A DNA stretch of 64,000 nucleotides, taken from the NCBI GenBank assembly GCA_024653945.1, contig JANLIT010000002.1, positions 146,508-210,507 on the forward strand. The letters are read 5' to 3'. Shown in pieces: positions 9,083-18,053 of the stretch (positions within the stretch are counted from its first letter, which is position 1; each line of letters begins with the position of its first letter). A model generated the notes under the pieces. The model had not been told where the DNA came from, searched no databases, and saw only the letters and a list, made by a program, of their open reading frames with translations. A program made the translations under genes and the position numbers. Source of the stretch: Candidatus Campbellbacteria bacterium (GTDB lineage: Bacteria; Patescibacteriota; Minisyncoccia; Phycocordibacterales; EsbW-18).

Positions 9083-9471
9083 TTCTCGGCATTGATTACG
9101 GAACAAAACGAGTTGGGGTTGCACTCTCGGATACAAGCGAAACGCTTGCATTTCCGCGAGAGGTTTTGCAAAACACAAAGTCGCTCGTAGCCGACATTGC
9201 CGGCATTGTTGCAAAAGAAAATGCGAACATTATTGTGATCGGTCATTCAACGGATACAAAAGGTAAAGATAACCCTGTCATGATTGCAATTCAGAGTTTT
9301 AAAGAAAAACTTGAGAAGGAAATAAACGTGCCAGTTGTGTTTGAACGTGAGTGGTTTTCTTCACAGGAGGCGACACGATTTACGGGTGCAAATAGTATGA
9401 TAGATGCATCGGCTGCCGCAATTATTTTGCAGAGATTTTTAGATAGAAAGAGGGGGGCACAAAACAGATAA
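9079..9471 (+). CDS. ruvX: Putative pre-16S rRNA nuclease / Holliday junction resolvase-like YqgF
   Basis: MILGIDYGTKRVGVALSD N-terminus, RNase H-like fold size (130 aa). Confidence 0.8.
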   Translation: MILGIDYGTKRVGVALSDTSETLAFPREVLQNTKSLVADIAGIVAKENANIIVIGHSTDTKGKDNPVMIAIQSFKEKLEKEINVPVVFEREWFSSQEATRFTGANSMIDASAAAIILQRFLDRKRGAQNR

Positions 9472-9504
9472 CATGTAACTTGAAACAAAATGTGTGGAAT
9501 AATA

Positions 9505-9547
9505 GTGTTACACGTTACATGCTACGTGTTACATAATTCATAACATA
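9505..9547 (+). repeat. GTTACATG-family motif cluster ending in the start codon
   Basis: gtgttacacgttacatgctacgtgttacataattcataacatatg. Confidence 0.6.
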
Positions 9548-9885
9548 TGATTACCATCGACCAATTAAAAACCGCAGATATTCGTATCGGACAAATTCTT
9601 TCTGCAGAAGAAGTTCCCGAGACAGACAAACTCCTTAGACTTACTGTTTCTTTTGGTGAAGAGACACCACGTCAAATTATTTCTGGAATTAAACAGTACG
9701 TTGCTGATATACAAACACTCGTGGGCAAAAAAACCGCATTTGTAGTAAACCTTGAACCCCGCACCATTAAAGGACTTGAAAGCAACGGCATGTTGTTTGC
9801 TGTCTCGACGGGTGAGGGTGAAGAACGACAGTTTTCTTTCATTGTCCCCGAGAGAGACATACCGCCAGGCGCCCGTTTGGGTTAG
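9547..9885 (+). CDS. tRNA-binding domain protein (CsaA / MetRS C-terminal-like)
   Basis: DIRIGQILSAEEVPETDKLLRLTVSFGEE..RQIISGIKQY matches the tRNA_bind OB-fold consensus. Confidence 0.75.
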   Translation: MITIDQLKTADIRIGQILSAEEVPETDKLLRLTVSFGEETPRQIISGIKQYVADIQTLVGKKTAFVVNLEPRTIKGLESNGMLFAVSTGEGEERQFSFIVPERDIPPGARLG

Positions 9886-9894
9886 TATTAAGTC

Positions 9895-10995
9895 ATGACA
9901 TTTACGTCACGAGTTCTTTCTCTTTTTCCTACACCGGCGTATCTCTCCATGCTCGCCGCGGGGATTGATGTGTCTGACAACTCGGTGAAGTACATTACCT
10001 TTTCAAAAAGTCGCACACACGGAAGGCGTTTGAGTGGGTATGGGTCAATGCAAATTCCAAAAGGGGTTGTTGTTGGTGGTAAGGTTGTTGATGCAAAAAA
10101 ACTCACAGAAGTACTCTCTCTTTTTCGAGAAAAATATAAGCTACATTTTGTGCGAGCATCGCTTCCTGAAGAAGAGGGATACATTTTTCCATCATACGTT
10201 CCAACTGGTATCACCAAAAAAGAAGTACAAGAAGTTCTTGAATTTAAATTGGCGGAAAATGTGCCACTTACAGCAAGCGAGGCGGTGTTTGATTTTGATA
10301 GTGTTCGTGATGCGTCTCTTTTTGTTGGTCAGCGACTCGTGTCCGTCTCTGCGTACCCTCAAGCAATTGCTCAACAATACGCAGATTTGCTTATTGCATC
10401 TGGACTTGAACCGTTGTCTCTTGAAATAGAGGCACAGGCAATCGCTCGCGCCATTGTCCCCAAAAGTTTTGTGGGTGCATGTATGGTTGTTGATGTTGGA
10501 AGAACAAGGTCTGGAATTTCAGTTGTACGAGGACAGGCCGTTCGTTTTACAGCTACAGTAGATATCGGGGGGGACAACGTAAGTGATGTCATACTCGCAA
10601 CACTTCCCGCCACAACCGAAGAAGACATGGTGCGAATAAAAAATCAGGAAGGATTGCATTTTTCTGGAGATGCAACCATTCGTCAGGGATTTGAAACTTT
10701 TGCAAAGAGTATTGCCACGGAACTTGACCGTTATATTGTGTATTGGCAAACCCACAAGGATATTAAAGATTCTAACGTATCTCACATCCCCATTGAGAGG
10801 GTGTTTCTCTCGGGTGGTAATGCAAATATTGCAGGTCTTCCAGAGTATCTCGCGCACGCGTTACATATACCTGTTGAAATTGGAAATGTATGGACAAATG
10901 CTTTTTCATTGGATGGATATGTTCCAGAAATACCATTCAATGATTCGCTTGGATATGCGTCCGCAATAGGACTTGCGCTTCACGAGCACGAGTAG
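9895..10995 (+). CDS. pilM: Type IV pilus assembly protein PilM (actin-like ATPase fold)
   Basis: 366 aa. CMVVDVGRTRSGISVV and VDIGGDNVSDVI are characteristic of PilM/FtsA-like proteins. Followed by pilN/pilO-like genes. Confidence 0.75.
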   Translation: MTFTSRVLSLFPTPAYLSMLAAGIDVSDNSVKYITFSKSRTHGRRLSGYGSMQIPKGVVVGGKVVDAKKLTEVLSLFREKYKLHFVRASLPEEEGYIFPSYVPTGITKKEVQEVLEFKLAENVPLTASEAVFDFDSVRDASLFVGQRLVSVSAYPQAIAQQYADLLIASGLEPLSLEIEAQAIARAIVPKSFVGACMVVDVGRTRSGISVVRGQAVRFTATVDIGGDNVSDVILATLPATTEEDMVRIKNQEGLHFSGDATIRQGFETFAKSIATELDRYIVYWQTHKDIKDSNVSHIPIERVFLSGGNANIAGLPEYLAHALHIPVEIGNVWTNAFSLDGYVPEIPFNDSLGYASAIGLALHEHE

Positions 10996-11059
10996 CACAT
11001 GACAGAATTATCCCACTTTTGATTATCTTTGAGGGAGAAGTGCGCGGTATACTAGAGGT

Positions 11060-11707
11060 GTGGTTAATTTGCTTCCAATAAAAAATCAACACATCGTTGC
11101 GTGGGAGCGTCGCGGGAGGGCTCTCCTTGTCGTTTTGATATTTGCTATTTGTTCATTGATTCTTTTGATATTTTTTCTTGCGCCGTCGCTCATTCTCGCA
11201 CGGTCTGCGGTAGGTGGATTTACAGACCAATTGGTTGCCACAAAAACACTTGTTGATTTACAACGGCGACAAAGTGGTACAGAAGTGTTGACAGACATAC
11301 AAACGCGCTCTGACCTCTTGAAAGATGTGTTATCACAGAGATCTTTGACGTCAATTCTTCAAGAGGTGATGCCACGAATTCCAAATGGGGTTTCTCTTCA
11401 ACAAATAACATACAGTACTCAAAAAAAAGAGATATCAGTAACACTTAAAGGAATTGCACAAACACGAAATGCATTGACGTCTCTCGGCGATTCGTTGCGT
11501 TCATCTCCACTATTCTCACGCGTTGATATTCCTGTTTCAAGTTTGGCACGAAGTGTAGATATTGATTTTACTGTAACACTTTTGTTGGAGATGGCAGGAG
11601 ACGTTGTTGAATACGCGGGGACACCAAGAACGAACGTGCCGTTGCCTGAAATGGGCACAGGGACATCAGCGACAACAGGTGCGCTGATAGAAAAAATAAC
11701 ACCATGA
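11060..11707 (+). CDS. pilN: PilN-like pilus assembly protein
   Basis: MVNLLPIKNQHIVAWERRGRALLVVLIFAICSLILLIFF: N-terminal LLP motif plus a single TM, typical of PilN. Confidence 0.6.
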   Translation: MVNLLPIKNQHIVAWERRGRALLVVLIFAICSLILLIFFLAPSLILARSAVGGFTDQLVATKTLVDLQRRQSGTEVLTDIQTRSDLLKDVLSQRSLTSILQEVMPRIPNGVSLQQITYSTQKKEISVTLKGIAQTRNALTSLGDSLRSSPLFSRVDIPVSSLARSVDIDFTVTLLLEMAGDVVEYAGTPRTNVPLPEMGTGTSATTGALIEKITP

Positions 11708-12258
11708 AAAAGGTAACAGAAAAAACGAAACGACGGTACGCTGTGTTTGTGTTTGCCCTTCTTGCGGTAGGTCTTGTTGGTGCATATGTGTGGGCCATTC
11801 TTTTGACCAATCAATACCACAATCAAATCATTCTTACACAAGAAGAACTACTTGTTCAGGTTGAACGCGAACGACGGGTTCGTGACACAGCGGGGGTGAT
11901 TGCTAGTCTCAAAGAAGAGCGTGAAGTTGTAAAAACTTTTTTTAAAACTCCTGACGACGTGATTTCTATTATTGAAGAAATTGAGGGGTTTGGTCGCACC
12001 ATTGGAGCCCTGGTGTCTGTTGTGCAGGTTCAGGTAGATGATGAGGACCCAAAGACGCGTGAAGGAACGTTTGTGGTGAGTATTTTTTCAACAGGTTCGT
12101 GGAAAAAAATGATGAACCTTATAGGACTGCTTGATTCGCTTCCGTATCAAGCAAAAGCAAGCCAAATAACTCTCGACACATCTCAAAAAGAGGGAGGGTC
12201 TACTACCGTTTTACCATGGACCGTTCGAGCGTCGTTATCTATAGTACTTAAAAAATAA
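11704..12258 (+). CDS. pilO: PilO-like pilus assembly protein
   Basis: Single N-terminal TM helix then a coiled-coil region. Translationally coupled to pilN (ATGA overlap). Confidence 0.5.
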   Translation: MKKVTEKTKRRYAVFVFALLAVGLVGAYVWAILLTNQYHNQIILTQEELLVQVERERRVRDTAGVIASLKEEREVVKTFFKTPDDVISIIEEIEGFGRTIGALVSVVQVQVDDEDPKTREGTFVVSIFSTGSWKKMMNLIGLLDSLPYQAKASQITLDTSQKEGGSTTVLPWTVRASLSIVLKK

Positions 12259-12260
12259 GT

Positions 12261-12578
12261 ATGTCATCACTTCAGACAGTTTGGTTATACATAAAGAAAA
12301 AAGCGCATACGTTTTTTGTTGCACAAACAGCCGCGGGTCTCTGGGTCCGACTTCTGTGTGTTGTAATAGTATTGAACATTTTTGGAATCACACTCTCGCT
12401 TATTTTCTTTTCTCGGATACAAAACATGAATCAATCAATCATTGTGCCAGTTGAGGTTGAACAGGCGGATGATGTTGACCGAGCGAGCGTACAAAAAACC
12501 CTCGAGGCTTTTTCTCGTCGTGTGGTTGAATTTGAATACAGAAAAACAAATGGCGTTTCTATTCCAGAGCCGAAGTAA
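12261..12578 (+). CDS. Hypothetical membrane protein (possible PilP-like)
   Basis: 105 aa with one TM helix. Last gene of the pilMNO operon. Confidence 0.4.
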   Translation: MSSLQTVWLYIKKKAHTFFVAQTAAGLWVRLLCVVIVLNIFGITLSLIFFSRIQNMNQSIIVPVEVEQADDVDRASVQKTLEAFSRRVVEFEYRKTNGVSIPEPK

Positions 12579-12687
12579 ACAGAAAATAGTAGCTAGTATG
12601 TGGAGGTTGGTATGTTGGGGTATTAAAATTTTCATAAAAAGTTTGTGAAGGTAAAAGGGAAGTTTTTGTGATAGGGTAGGCGTGTCC

Positions 12688-12841
12688 CTCCTGTATGGAG
12701 TACCATGCGGGAGGTCACTCGGACCACATATAAGCTCGAGCTCCCACGTCCTCGGAATCGAACAAAAAAGAAAACAGGCTTTCTTTTTTGTTCTCTCCTC
12801 GAACGCTACGCTCTATGACTCATGCGTGTCACCCTCATTTT
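12688..12841 (+). repeat. Conserved noncoding leader element, copy B, abutting tRNA-Arg(UCU)
   Basis: About 85% identity to 7817-7969. Confidence 0.7.
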
Positions 12842-12913
12842 CCTCCCGTAGTTTAATGGATAAAACAGGAGACTTCTAAGCTCTTAATGTAGGTTCGATT
12901 CCTGCCGGGAGGA
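12842..12913 (+). tRNA. tRNA-Arg (anticodon UCU)
   Basis: Acceptor CCTCCCG/CGGGAGG; anticodon loop CTTCTAA; T-arm GTAGG-TTCGATT-CCTGC. Paralogous to the tRNA-Arg at 7970. Confidence 0.75.
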
Positions 12914-12963
12914 CAAGAAAAAGAAGAAGACAGGCAGAAAAAAATATGTATAATTGGTCAGTC

Positions 12964-13036
12964 GGGCGCTTAGCTCAGTTGGTAGAGCAACTCTTTTACA
13001 CAGAGAAGGTCGGGGGTTCGAATCCCTCAGCGCCCA
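12964..13036 (+). tRNA. tRNA-Val (anticodon UAC)
   Basis: GGGCGCT-TA-GCTCAGTTGGTAGAGC; anticodon loop TTTACAC; T-arm GGGGG-TTCGAAT-CCCTC; acceptor AGCGCCC-A. Confidence 0.85.
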
Positions 13037-13168
13037 CAAAACAGTGCCTCCGCTACGTATGTAGTGGAGGTTTATGTTTTGTAGAGGCGGTGGGGATTCG
13101 AAGGTCAGAGACAGACGTGTCGAGACGGGGTCGCGGAACTTTTCAACAGAAAAGTATCCGTGACCGAA

Positions 13169-13190
13169 TCCCTCAGCGCCCACCAAAAAC
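13169..13190 (+). other. Duplicated 3' end of tRNA-Val with encoded CCA (tRNA fragment or att-like remnant)
   Basis: cgaatccctcagcgcccacca repeats the last ~19 nt of tRNA-Val 130 nt downstream. No complete cloverleaf can be formed there. Confidence 0.6.
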
Positions 13191-13256
13191 ACCCGAGAGG
13201 GTGTTTTTCTATTTTGGGTATATTAACTTTTTATCTTTAAGGGTCATACTAGGGTC

Positions 13257-13526
13257 ATGAACGAGATAGAGGCAGTTGTAATAGGTAAGGTTCAAAATGT
13301 TGGATTTCGAGAGTTCGTCTCACGACATGCCAACGCACTGTGGCTTCAGGGTTTTGTGCAGAACCAAGGTGTTGGCGAATTGAGGGTGGTTGCGCAAGGG
13401 CCAGAAGATAAACTGGAGCGACTCATAGAACACTTGCACAAAGGTCCGTTTCTTGCACACGTTCGTGATGTACAGGTACTATGGAGAGAACCAACAGAAC
13501 AGTTTACAGAGTTTTCTATAGTGTAA
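13257..13526 (+). CDS. acyP: Acylphosphatase
   Basis: VIGKVQNVGFREFV...GFVQNQGVGELRVVAQG matches the acylphosphatase signatures. 89 aa. Confidence 0.8.
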   Translation: MNEIEAVVIGKVQNVGFREFVSRHANALWLQGFVQNQGVGELRVVAQGPEDKLERLIEHLHKGPFLAHVRDVQVLWREPTEQFTEFSIV

Positions 13527-13629
13527 ACTGTAAGCACGAATACCGAATTACAAAAATCGAAACAAGTACGAATATCTTGAATTTCAAAAACAGTTTTTCG
13601 AATTTCGATATTCATATTTCGAATTTACT

Positions 13630-14355
13630 ATGAATATAAAAATTCTCTACGAAGACGATGATGTTGTGTTTATCAACAAGCCCTCTGGTGTGATGGTGCA
13701 CGAAGACGGGCGCGGAAAAGGTCAAACGCTGGTGGATTGGGTTATTGAACACTATCCCGACAGCGCGACGGTGGGTGAGCCACAAATGCTTTCTAACGGC
13801 ATGATGGTAGACCGTCCAGGAATTGTGCATCGTCTTGATGCTGACACATCGGGTGTGCTTGTGATTGCAAAAACAGAAGATGCGTTTGTGCATCTCAAGT
13901 GTGTGTTTCAGGAACGAGAGGCAACAAAAGTGTATCGAGCATTTGTGTACGGAAGCGTGAAAAAAGATACAGATGTCATCAACCGTCCGATTGGAAAAAG
14001 TAGAACTGACCCGCGCCTATGGTCAGCACAGAGAGGAGCTCGAGGTGTAATGCGTGATGCAATTACACACTACGATGTACTGCAGCGGGGAACAGAACAT
14101 TCATACCTTGAACTACGCCCAAAAACAGGACGAACGCACCAAATCCGCGTGCACCTCAAAGCAATCAATCATCCGGTCATTTGTGACCGTTTATACGCAC
14201 CCAAACAAGAAGCAGCGCTCGGCTTTGAACGCCTCGCACTTCATGCATGCTCACTCTCGCTCATGCTTCCATCGGGAACAATCAAGACCGTTGAGGCGCC
14301 CCTTCCTCCTGATTTTGTTCGTGCAGAAAAAATTCTCAAAAAAGAGGGTAAATAG
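13630..14355 (+). CDS. RluA-family pseudouridine synthase
   Basis: HRLDADTSGVLVIAKT (catalytic Asp) and TGRTHQIRVHL motifs. Confidence 0.85.
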   Translation: MNIKILYEDDDVVFINKPSGVMVHEDGRGKGQTLVDWVIEHYPDSATVGEPQMLSNGMMVDRPGIVHRLDADTSGVLVIAKTEDAFVHLKCVFQEREATKVYRAFVYGSVKKDTDVINRPIGKSRTDPRLWSAQRGARGVMRDAITHYDVLQRGTEHSYLELRPKTGRTHQIRVHLKAINHPVICDRLYAPKQEAALGFERLALHACSLSLMLPSGTIKTVEAPLPPDFVRAEKILKKEGK

Positions 14356-14510
14356 AATCTCCCATGACTCTAGTGGTTTTTTACTATGTTTGCACAATAC
14401 CAAACATCGCAAATTCTATAATTCTATAGAATAAGAGTTTTTGATGACTAATCACCAAGCAATAACACGGGTACTTCATTCTTGCCGTTTTTTTAGAGTC
14501 GTGCTAGAGT

Positions 14511-14966
14511 ATGGTTTCTTTACGAAATATGGCACAAAAAACAACCAAAATATCACCAATAAATATGGACGAACGAAAAGCCCTTCCTCTACGAGCAGGT
14601 GATACAGTTCGTGTCTGGGTAAAAGTTGAAGAAAAGGGAAAAACACGCCTCCAGGCGTTTGAAGGTACGATTCTTGCTCGAAAGGGAGGTACAACGGCGG
14701 GAGCAACATTCACCGTACGACGTGTGTCTGGTGGCTATGGTGTTGAGAAAATCTTCCCTCTCTATTCTCCTGCAATCGATAAAATTGAAATCACTCGCCG
14801 TGTGAAGACACGCCGTGCGAAGTTGTACGATATTCGTGACAAGGCGGCGCGTGAAATTCGCCGACAAATGCGCAAGATGCACACCGTCAACATTTCAACA
14901 GGCACTGCAAAAGATGAAGTAGTAGACGAAGTGGTGGCAGAGGTAGCCGTAGAAGATACAAAATAA
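14511..14966 (+). CDS. rplS: 50S ribosomal protein L19 (with C-terminal extension)
   Basis: [30 protein letters not shown]...[21 protein letters not shown]...ITRR. The start could instead be the internal MAQKTTK. Confidence 0.85.
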   Translation: MVSLRNMAQKTTKISPINMDERKALPLRAGDTVRVWVKVEEKGKTRLQAFEGTILARKGGTTAGATFTVRRVSGGYGVEKIFPLYSPAIDKIEITRRVKTRRAKLYDIRDKAAREIRRQMRKMHTVNISTGTAKDEVVDEVVAEVAVEDTK

Positions 14967-14975
14967 AAAAAGAAA

Positions 14976-15005
14976 CAGCCCCGACGTAACGTCGGGGCTG
15001 TTTTT
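14976..15005. terminator. Rho-independent terminator
   Basis: cagccccgacgtaacgtcggggctg followed by tttttcg. Confidence 0.75.
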
Positions 15006-15012
15006 CGTTCTG

Positions 15013-15096
15013 TGCGCAGGAGAGGATTTGAACCTCCAAGCCCTTGCGGGCGCTACCACCTCAAGGTAGTGCGTCTACCAATTTCGCCACCTGCGC
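15013..15096 (-). tRNA. tRNA-Leu (anticodon GAG)
   Basis: Acceptor GCGCAGG/CCTGCGC; 3-bp D-stem; anticodon loop TTGAGGT; long variable arm; T-arm GGAGG-TTCAAAT-CCTCT. Confidence 0.85.
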
Positions 15097-15171
15097 GGTG
15101 AGGGCAGTATAAACTAAAGTTGAAAAACAGGGAAGAGAACACAGATTTTGGTTCGGTGCTATTCTACATAT

Positions 15172-16254
15172 ATGCGAGAGACATTTCATAGAGTAAAAGA
15201 TTACTTAGAGCGACACGAACGTCCACTGTCGGCGGTCGCGCTTGTGTTTGGTTTTGTGATGGATTCACTCACACTGAGTCGTATTGATCTTCTCTCAAAC
15301 CAACTCGTTCTTTTTATATATCTCTGTATTGTTGGTTTTTGTATTATTATTCTTGCGTTGCAAGAAACACGAATTGCTGGCCACCCCGTTCTTTTGTGGG
15401 CAGTAACAATAGCACCACTCATCATGCAGATTGTGTTCGGTGGTTTATTCAGTGCGCTTGTTGTTTTTTATTCTCGAAGTGCATCTTTTTCGGCAAGTTG
15501 GCCATTCATTTTGTTTCTTATTGGAATGCTTATCGGTAATGAAACATTTCGTGCGCGATATGAGCGAATGGTGTTTCGTGTGAGTATTTTTTTCATTGCA
15601 CTCCTTTCATTCAGTGTTCTGATTGTTCCTGTGGTTCTTCACTCAATTGGAGTTCTTCCATTTCTACTTAGTGTGTCTGTCAGTATTATTCTTGTGTACT
15701 GTTTTATTTTACTGCTCACTTTTTTTTCTCGAGAGCATGTATACGAAGTTCGACACGTGCTCATGCAGAGTATTGGCATCATTACCATTGTGTACATGAT
15801 TGCCTATATCACCAATATTATTCCTCCTGTGCCACTGGCACTTAAAGATTTTGCCGTAGCACACAGCGTTGTACGTGTTGACGATGGATACCGACTTTCA
15901 GTTGAGCCACATTCACTTTCTGATTACTTCCAATTGTCTGAAATCTACCACAGAACACCTGGTGAGCCGGTGTATATATGGACATCGGTGTTTGCACCAA
16001 CGAAGCTTTCCACGGCAATCGTTCATAACTGGCAGTATAAAGAAGGAAATTCGTGGAAGACGGCAAGCAGAATTTCATTTCCAATTACCGGAGGCAGTGA
16101 TGGGGGATACCGAGGATATTCTATGAAAGAAAATCTGGGAGCGGGTGCGTGGCGCGTGTCTGTGGAAACATCTCGTGGTCAAGTCATTGGACGTGTACGT
16201 TTTGATATTGTTGATGTTGGTGCAACGCAACCCCAACAACTTATTGAGAAATAA
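15172..16254 (+). CDS. Hypothetical polytopic membrane protein with C-terminal extracytoplasmic domain
   Basis: About 7 TM helices followed by a ~130-aa soluble domain. Start at MRETFHRV. Confidence 0.5.
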   Translation: MRETFHRVKDYLERHERPLSAVALVFGFVMDSLTLSRIDLLSNQLVLFIYLCIVGFCIIILALQETRIAGHPVLLWAVTIAPLIMQIVFGGLFSALVVFYSRSASFSASWPFILFLIGMLIGNETFRARYERMVFRVSIFFIALLSFSVLIVPVVLHSIGVLPFLLSVSVSIILVYCFILLLTFFSREHVYEVRHVLMQSIGIITIVYMIAYITNIIPPVPLALKDFAVAHSVVRVDDGYRLSVEPHSLSDYFQLSEIYHRTPGEPVYIWTSVFAPTKLSTAIVHNWQYKEGNSWKTASRISFPITGGSDGGYRGYSMKENLGAGAWRVSVETSRGQVIGRVRFDIVDVGATQPQQLIEK

Positions 16255-16347
16255 TTTTTTTTGTCGCTTTACTGAAGGTTTTTTGGTACAGTATCCCCAC
16301 AACTTGTCTTGAGCGAGCCAGAGCCCGTCCTCGGCGAGTCGAAATAT

Positions 16348-16419
16348 GGTGCCTATAGTTTAGTGGTAAAACTCCGCTCTGTGGCAGCGGTGTCGAGAGT
16401 TCGATTCTCTCTAGGCACC
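16348..16419 (+). tRNA. tRNA-His (anticodon GUG) with encoded G-1
   Basis: G-1 plus GTGCCTA acceptor; anticodon loop CTGTGGC; T-arm GAGAG-TTCGATT-CTCTC; discriminator C73. Confidence 0.85.
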
Positions 16420-16459
16420 CCAATTAGAGGTAGGTTCTGGTCGAGCAAGGGTTGTGACC

Positions 16460-16888
16460 CTACTGGATAAAGTTTATAAGGTATTTTTTTATCGTTACCC
16501 GGATATTTTGTAACACTTTTTCACGTGACGTCGGACGGCTTTTTGCAATACCAACTGCAAAATTATATAAATCGTTCTGATCCATCTTTATCCATTTATT
16601 ATTGTGTGCTAGAAAAACAAGTAGTGTCATAATAGCGACTCTTTTATTGCCGTTTTGAAATGGATGATTTTTTATCATCAAATAAAACAACATCGTTGAT
16701 TTTTCAACCAACCCTCTATACATATCTTTTTGGTCAAAGCTGGTAAATGGAACATCTAAACAACTTTCAAGCGCGTTGGGAAGACGTGTCCTAAAGTCAG
16801 GTATCGGCTCATCCCATGTCATTAGCTCTTTTGCTAACGCAAAAGCAGTAAATTCCACCTCTGCCATTGTGATAGGTTTTGTTTTCAT
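16460..16888 (-). CDS. Fic/Doc-family toxin (death-on-curing-like)
   Basis: HPFQNGNKRVA matches the Doc/Fic motif H-x-F-x-(D/N)-G-N-K-R. 142 aa. Confidence 0.7.
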   Translation of the reverse strand: MKTKPITMAEVEFTAFALAKELMTWDEPIPDFRTRLPNALESCLDVPFTSFDQKDMYRGLVEKSTMLFYLMIKNHPFQNGNKRVAIMTLLVFLAHNNKWIKMDQNDLYNFAVGIAKSRPTSREKVLQNIRVTIKKYLINFIQ

Positions 16889-17139
16889 TCCTTGGCCAAT
16901 CTCCTGAATGCTCCTCCGTACTCTTTCACGGCCTTTTTCACTGCCGTTTCAATTTTTTGTTTTCTACTTGAACCAACAGCCTGACCCAACGCTTCCAAAA
17001 GATCTTCGTGGGCGATTACATAATTACGTCCTATTTTTTCGGCCCTTAGTCTTTTACTCTTTATTTTTCTAAAAACCTCCACACGACTTAAGTGCAATAT
17101 TTTTGCTACCTCTGCCGTGGAATAAAATTTTCTGTTCAT
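16885..17139 (-). CDS. HTH (excisionase/MerR-like) DNA-binding protein, probable cognate antitoxin
   Basis: STAEVAKILHLSRVEVFRKIKSKRL is a helix-turn-helix. The gene overlaps the Doc gene by 4 nt. The 30-bp perfect palindrome lies immediately upstream. Confidence 0.6.
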   Translation of the reverse strand: MNRKFYSTAEVAKILHLSRVEVFRKIKSKRLRAEKIGRNYVIAHEDLLEALGQAVGSSRKQKIETAVKKAVKEYGGAFRRLAKE

Positions 17140-17140
17140 A

Positions 17141-17170
17141 TTCGTATAGTAACATATGTTACTATACGAA
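17141..17170. promoter_or_regulatory. Perfect 30-bp palindrome, candidate autoregulatory operator of the HTH/Doc operon
   Basis: ttcgtatagtaacat|atgttactatacgaa starts 2 nt upstream of the antitoxin start codon. Confidence 0.6.
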
Positions 17171-17274
17171 ATAAGGCTTTAAAAAGGGGCTCGTGGGGGA
17201 ATGGGGTCAGACCCCTTTTCCTCATTAGTTCCAGCTCGAGATAGCCACCCCCAAATAGTGGAAGTTAGTGGTTA

Positions 17275-17294
17275 CCTGCCTGCCGGCAGGCAGG
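17275..17294. repeat. REP-like perfect 20-nt palindrome CCTGCCTGCCGGCAGGCAGG (copy 1 of 4)
   Basis: Flanked by ggaagttagtgg / gggatgttggaagttgg. The other copies are at 20019, 57524 and 59219. Confidence 0.75.
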
Positions 17295-17363
17295 GATGTT
17301 GGAAGTTGGTGATTTGTCCAAGTACTCTAATTGTAGTTTGAACTGGTATACTTTTGGTATGGT

Positions 17364-18053
17364 ATGGAAGAGCGTTCACACAAAACAAAAACAATTCTCA
17401 TTACGGGAATAGGCAAAGGAATTGGGAAGGCGCTTGCGCAAAAATTTCTCGCGGAAGGAAACCGTGTTATTGGTACAGCACTAACGGGTGCCGTTGATTT
17501 TTCTGATCCAAACCTCTCCGTGTTTCATCTAGATATACGAAGTGAAGAAAGTATAGAGAAATGCGTTGCAGACATTAAAAATACAGGGCATACGATAGAT
17601 ATTCTCATTAATAACATCGGCGTGCTTCTTGATGAAGACGAGACGGTAGTTGTTATGGACAAACTGCGAGGAACGTTAGAAGTAAATCTTATCGGCACGA
17701 TTGGTTTTACTGAAAAAGCCATTTCTCTTTTGTCTGAGGGAGCCCATCTTCTAACCATCACCTCCTCGGCTGGCTCAATCACTCAAGTAGCGACCGAGAG
17801 TCATTTTCCTGGACACTATCCTGCATACAAAATTTCAAAGGCCGCTCTCAATATGTATGTCAAAACACTTTCAGAGAGGTTGAAAGGGAAGGCGATTGTT
17901 TCTGCAGTTCATCCTGGGTGGGTAAAGACCGACATGGGTGGACAAGAGGCCGATGTAACACCGGAAGATGCCGCTGATGGAATCTATACTCTTGCCCTCT
18001 CTCAACCTGAAACAGGACACTTTTGGTTTAGAGACAAAGAATTGCCGTGGTAA
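17364..18053 (+). CDS. Short-chain dehydrogenase/reductase (SDR) family oxidoreductase
   Basis: ILITGIGKGIGKALA Rossmann motif; NNIG; YPAYKISKAA (YxxxK catalytic pair). Confidence 0.8.
   Translation: MEERSHKTKTILITGIGKGIGKALAQKFLAEGNRVIGTALTGAVDFSDPNLSVFHLDIRSEESIEKCVADIKNTGHTIDILINNIGVLLDEDETVVVMDKLRGTLEVNLIGTIGFTEKAISLLSEGAHLLTITSSAGSITQVATESHFPGHYPAYKISKAALNMYVKTLSERLKGKAIVSAVHPGWVKTDMGGQEADVTPEDAADGIYTLALSQPETGHFWFRDKELPW

Noticed and set aside
12964-13190. Possibility of a tmRNA (the encoded CCA and a T-arm-like 3' end were noticed)
   Set aside because: No tmRNA tag reading frame, resume codon or pseudoknot region is present. The 5' partner is a complete canonical tRNA-Val. The region is far too short.
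14418-14440. Palindrome attctata-attc-tatagaat upstream of rplS
   Set aside because: A single short AT-only dyad in an AT-rich promoter region. It is not repeated elsewhere in the window and could well arise by chance.
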